A DNA stretch of 26,848 bases. Source: an uncultured Bdellovibrio sp. (GTDB taxonomy: Bacteria > Bdellovibrionota > Bdellovibrionia > Bdellovibrionales > Bdellovibrionaceae). Each line of letters begins with the position of its first letter. Position 1 is the stretch's first letter. The stretch spans positions 1 through 26,848 of the forward strand of contig CAWVRN010000038.1 in assembly GCA_963932905.1 (NCBI GenBank). The letters run 5' to 3'. Position numbers and translations under genes: made by a program. Positions 25,586 to 26,848 of this stretch are shown piece by piece. A model generated the notes under the pieces. It was given only the letters and a program-made list of their open reading frames with translations, ran no database searches and was not told the DNA's origin.

Positions 25586-25600
25586 TGGCATACGGCCTGC
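25586..25600 (+). promoter_or_regulatory. sigma54 promoter
   Basis: TGGCAT-ACGGC-CTGC(T). Confidence 0.7.
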
Positions 25601-25624
25601 TTTTTATTTTGGATGGAGGGTCCA

Positions 25625-26788
25625 ATGAAATTCTTGGTCGTTTTCGCATCAAAGCATGGACAAACACGGACTATCGGTGAGTTTGTTAAAAGAACAATCT
25701 TATCTAAAAAGGAAAACTCGGTAGAATTTTTAGACCTGGGTTTGCGTGAAGATATACCCGAATGCGAAAGTAACGCGAATGTAGTCATTATTGGAACCCC
25801 TATTTATGCGGGCCGATTTCACGATTCAGTAGTTAATTGGACAAGAAAAAATAAAAATAGAATTTCTTCGAAACGCCTAGCGTTTTTCACCGTTAGTTTA
25901 AATGCCGAAGATAAACATCCCGAGGCTAGGGTAGTTGATGATCGCAAGCTAAAAGATCTTATTAGAAAGACAGGTTTAGTTCCAAATTTTGTGGCCAGTT
26001 TTTCAGGGGCATTGAATTATTTAGAATATGATTTAGTAACCCGTTGGCTTTTAAAACGTATCAGCAAGAAAGCTGGGGGCCCAATCGACACAAGTCGTGA
26101 TTATGATTTTACGAATTGGGATCACGTAGCTGCTTTTGTCAAAGCAATTGAAGATAACGAGTTGAATTCTTGTTACTCTGTAAGTAGACGTCTACCAAGC
26201 GAAAATAATTTAAACAACGTGATGCCTGTGTTTGAGCAGGTTTGGTCGCGGACATTGAATGTTAAACGATCGCCGGCTGAAGTATTTTTTTCGTTTATGT
26301 CACTAAAATCTAGTGAGCTTAGAATGGGTGACGTATTGGCAAAAATAAGAAACTTGGGCCGAGAAGAAAATTCGACCGAGGATGAATTGTTCGTCACATC
26401 AACAGAAAAGTTTGGTGGAGTTGAACTGTATCGCAACGAACCTTACGAGGTAATTTCTGGCTTAGTTGGACAGTTTTGGAGAATAGATTTTGGTATTAAA
26501 CATTTGGCCGCAGCCGAATTCAAAGAATTCGATGAACTTCATTATGCCAAGGTTGTTACACAATTGGTTTTTAGACCAGTGAATGAAGGCAGAGAATGCG
26601 AAGTCTATTGTGAAATGCGTGTCCATTCGACCACAGAAGCGGCCGCGCAACGATTCAAAGTTTACTGGAACTTATTTAGACCGGGAATCAATCTCTATAT
26701 GCGAAGTCTTCTAAGGGCGATTAAACGTCGTGCAGAGCATGACTCTGATCATTTTTCGTTGTCGAATAAGGAAGTTAAGATTTTCTAA
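25625..26788 (+). CDS. hemG: HemG-like flavodoxin-fold protoporphyrinogen IX dehydrogenase fused to a ~200-aa C-terminal domain
   Basis: FASKHGQT, IGTPIYAGRF, AFFTVSL, FSGALNY..Y, GGPIDTSRDYDFTNWDHVAAF; extra domain with GLVGQFWR and F..YW..FRPG..LRAIKRRAE; ATG 25625 after GGAGG. Confidence 0.8.
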   Translation: MKFLVVFASKHGQTRTIGEFVKRTILSKKENSVEFLDLGLREDIPECESNANVVIIGTPIYAGRFHDSVVNWTRKNKNRISSKRLAFFTVSLNAEDKHPEARVVDDRKLKDLIRKTGLVPNFVASFSGALNYLEYDLVTRWLLKRISKKAGGPIDTSRDYDFTNWDHVAAFVKAIEDNELNSCYSVSRRLPSENNLNNVMPVFEQVWSRTLNVKRSPAEVFFSFMSLKSSELRMGDVLAKIRNLGREENSTEDELFVTSTEKFGGVELYRNEPYEVISGLVGQFWRIDFGIKHLAAAEFKEFDELHYAKVVTQLVFRPVNEGRECEVYCEMRVHSTTEAAAQRFKVYWNLFRPGINLYMRSLLRAIKRRAEHDSDHFSLSNKEVKIF

Positions 26789-26794
26789 AAGCCA

Positions 26795-26821
26795 GAACTG
26801 GCTCCTTAGCTTGCGGCTAAG
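26795..26821. repeat. REP-like palindromic repeat, copy 2 (inverted relative to 59-85)
   Basis: gaactggctccttagcttgcggctaag, just after the HemG-fusion stop; hairpin core cttagc/gctaag. Confidence 0.65.
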
Positions 26822-26848
26822 AAGCTAAAATCTATTGGAAAGACAGTT

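Noticed and set aside
591..26650. Short antisense or out-of-frame ORFs in the six-frame track (e.g. 591-800, 4701-4985, 8655-8930, 13258-13569, 16476-16856, 19065-19448, 26173-26436)
   Set aside because: These are shadows of well-supported genes, with no motifs or SD.
1..26848. CRISPR array, prophage, IS/integrase, tRNA/rRNA, or a composite transposon bounded by the 27-bp inverted repeats
   Set aside because: No regularly spaced repeats, recombinase or transposase genes, cloverleafs or evident target-site duplication were seen, and housekeeping genes lie between the repeats.

Overview
A bacterial chromosomal window; gene style and the density of sigma54 promoters suggest Bdellovibrionota, but that is inference only. 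Bases 1-7.2 kb hold housekeeping-type genes: chorismate mutase coupled to a U32/RlhA-like hydroxylase, a PilZ protein, a membrane protein divergent from a LysR regulator, and an RluA-family pseudouridine synthase. They also hold an unannotated, highly structured ~220-nt RNA candidate (about 6545-6770) lying between a sigma54 promoter and a terminator. Bases 7.2-26.8 kb look like one co-regulated stress/low-oxygen 'dormancy' island. It encodes a five-gene signalling cascade: sigma54 activator, NifL/Aer-type PAS kinase, single REC, REC-kinase and hybrid kinase. Its effector genes are four CBS-pair proteins, a tandem USP, two Hsp20-like proteins, BON, YgaP-like, an aeRF1-like factor, a beta-CASP nuclease, PfkB, a HemG fusion, CoA transferase, SDR and a K-channel-like pore. 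Nine -24/-12 sigma54 promoters in the island each sit 41-43 bp (or 53/64 bp) from helically phased pairs of an 11-bp palindrome GACA-N3-TGTC. This reads as a DosR/FixK2-like regulon wired to sigma54. No rRNA, tRNA, CRISPR array, transposase or integrase was seen. A 27-bp REP-like palindrome occurs in inverted orientation at both ends of the window.
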